From: Phycisphaerae bacterium
GTDB lineage: Bacteria > Planctomycetota > Phycisphaerae > Phycisphaerales > UBA1924
Direction: 5' to 3'
Assembly (NCBI GenBank): GCA_041485385.1
Contig: JBGPJM010000001.1
Span: 421 to 64,420 of the forward strand
DNA: 64,000 nt
The notes beneath the pieces were generated by a model. It was not told the DNA's origin. It saw nothing but the letters and a program-made list of their open reading frames with translations, and searched no databases. This document shows positions 63,429 to 64,000 of the stretch, piece by piece (positions within the stretch are counted from its first letter, which is position 1; the number at the start of each line of letters is the position of its first letter). A program made the position numbers and the translations under genes.

Positions 63429-64000
63429 CCGCGCGAGCCCTGAACATCATCATCGTGACGATGCTGGCGATGGACGGCGGATCGGCCGCGTCCGCGCAGG
63501 AGGAGGGCGCTCACGTGTTCCTCGACGCGCGCGGTGACGCCGTGGTCCGTCGGACCGACCCCGGCAACGACGGCCCGGTCTCCCCGACGGCCACGCTGCC
63601 GGACCTGCTCAGCGCCCGGCTGAGCGGCTGGACGGCCCCGAACTCCGCAACGGACCCCTACACGGGATGGAACGTCGATTCCGATGCCCATCTCTTCCGG
63701 CTGGACGTGGTCTTCGCGGGGCTCGTCAACCCGCCGGGCACGATCGGGCAGAACGGCGAGCCATTCGATCCGTTCCAGTACGGCCCCAGCCCCGTTTTCG
63801 GGTTCATCGAGATCGACGCCGACCGCGACCGGGACACCGGCGGCGAGCTCGGCGGCGCAGCCACACAGCGCTACCTCGCCAACGTCGCCCGCTTCGGCTC
63901 GCTCCCGGGGGTCAACGGGCTCGCCGCCCGTGCCGCGCGTTCCGGCGCCGGTCAGGACTACGACGGGGACTTCTCCTCGTCGCCGCAGTTCGAGCGGAGC
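63425..64000 (+). CDS. Secreted hypothetical protein, N-terminal 192 aa (runs off the right edge)
   Basis: Missing from the ORF track because there is no stop in the window. The ATG at 63425 overlaps the regulator stop (ATGA). My translation is [62 protein letters not shown]...IEIDADRDRDTGGELGG... and stays open to the window end. Confidence 0.6.
   Translation, partial: MTARALNIIIVTMLAMDGGSAASAQEEGAHVFLDARGDAVVRRTDPGNDGPVSPTATLPDLLSARLSGWTAPNSATDPYTGWNVDSDAHLFRLDVVFAGLVNPPGTIGQNGEPFDPFQYGPSPVFGFIEIDADRDRDTGGELGGAATQRYLANVARFGSLPGVNGLAARAARSGAGQDYDGDFSSSPQFERS

Overview
High-GC bacterial chromosomal segment, roughly two-thirds G+C by eye. The gene content points to Planctomycetota, probably a Phycisphaerae-like genome: a DUF1559 prepilin-like protein, PF07638-type ECF sigma factors paired with TPR Ser/Thr kinases, a PEP-CTERM protein, DUF1080 and sortilin/BNR proteins, and secreted proteins ending in a double FFDFL...FFAGCP dockerin-like tag. 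I support about 55 protein-coding genes. Housekeeping genes include ftsH, aroA, apt, ogt, an sdhCAB-type operon, a KAS II-like gene, BamD/LptE-like genes, two plsC-like genes, a VIT1-family gene and an S41 peptidase gene. Accessory genes include two ECF-sigma/STK cassettes, three dockerin-tagged surface proteins, a TagF-like polymer operon with an ABC exporter, and a sigma-54-dependent two-component pair. Most long ORF-track entries are wrong-frame or antisense artefacts of the high GC. Several true starts lie well inside the listed ORFs. Two real partial genes at the window edges (1..1193 minus, 63425..64000 plus) are missing from the track. No rRNA, tRNA, CRISPR array, transposase or integrase was found. 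The most unusual signal is non-coding: a ~1.15-kb G+T-skewed, lower-GC element present twice in direct orientation (11558-12728 and 52257-53398), with a short third fragment at 1244-1298. It has phased T-tracts, internal 7- and 10-nt microsatellites, and a near-invariant ~125-nt core closed by a 16-bp inverted repeat. Other notable points: a 62-nt conserved leader box with a CACGTG-type palindrome upstream of two adjacent dockerin-tagged genes; G-tract (GGGGAGAY)n arrays in divergent promoter regions; a 30-bp palindrome; a local cluster of damaged genes (three indels in a sigma factor, one frameshift, one in-frame TAG); and a teichoic-acid-like operon next to a dockerin-tagged protein. All family assignments come from motif recognition by eye, with no database search.
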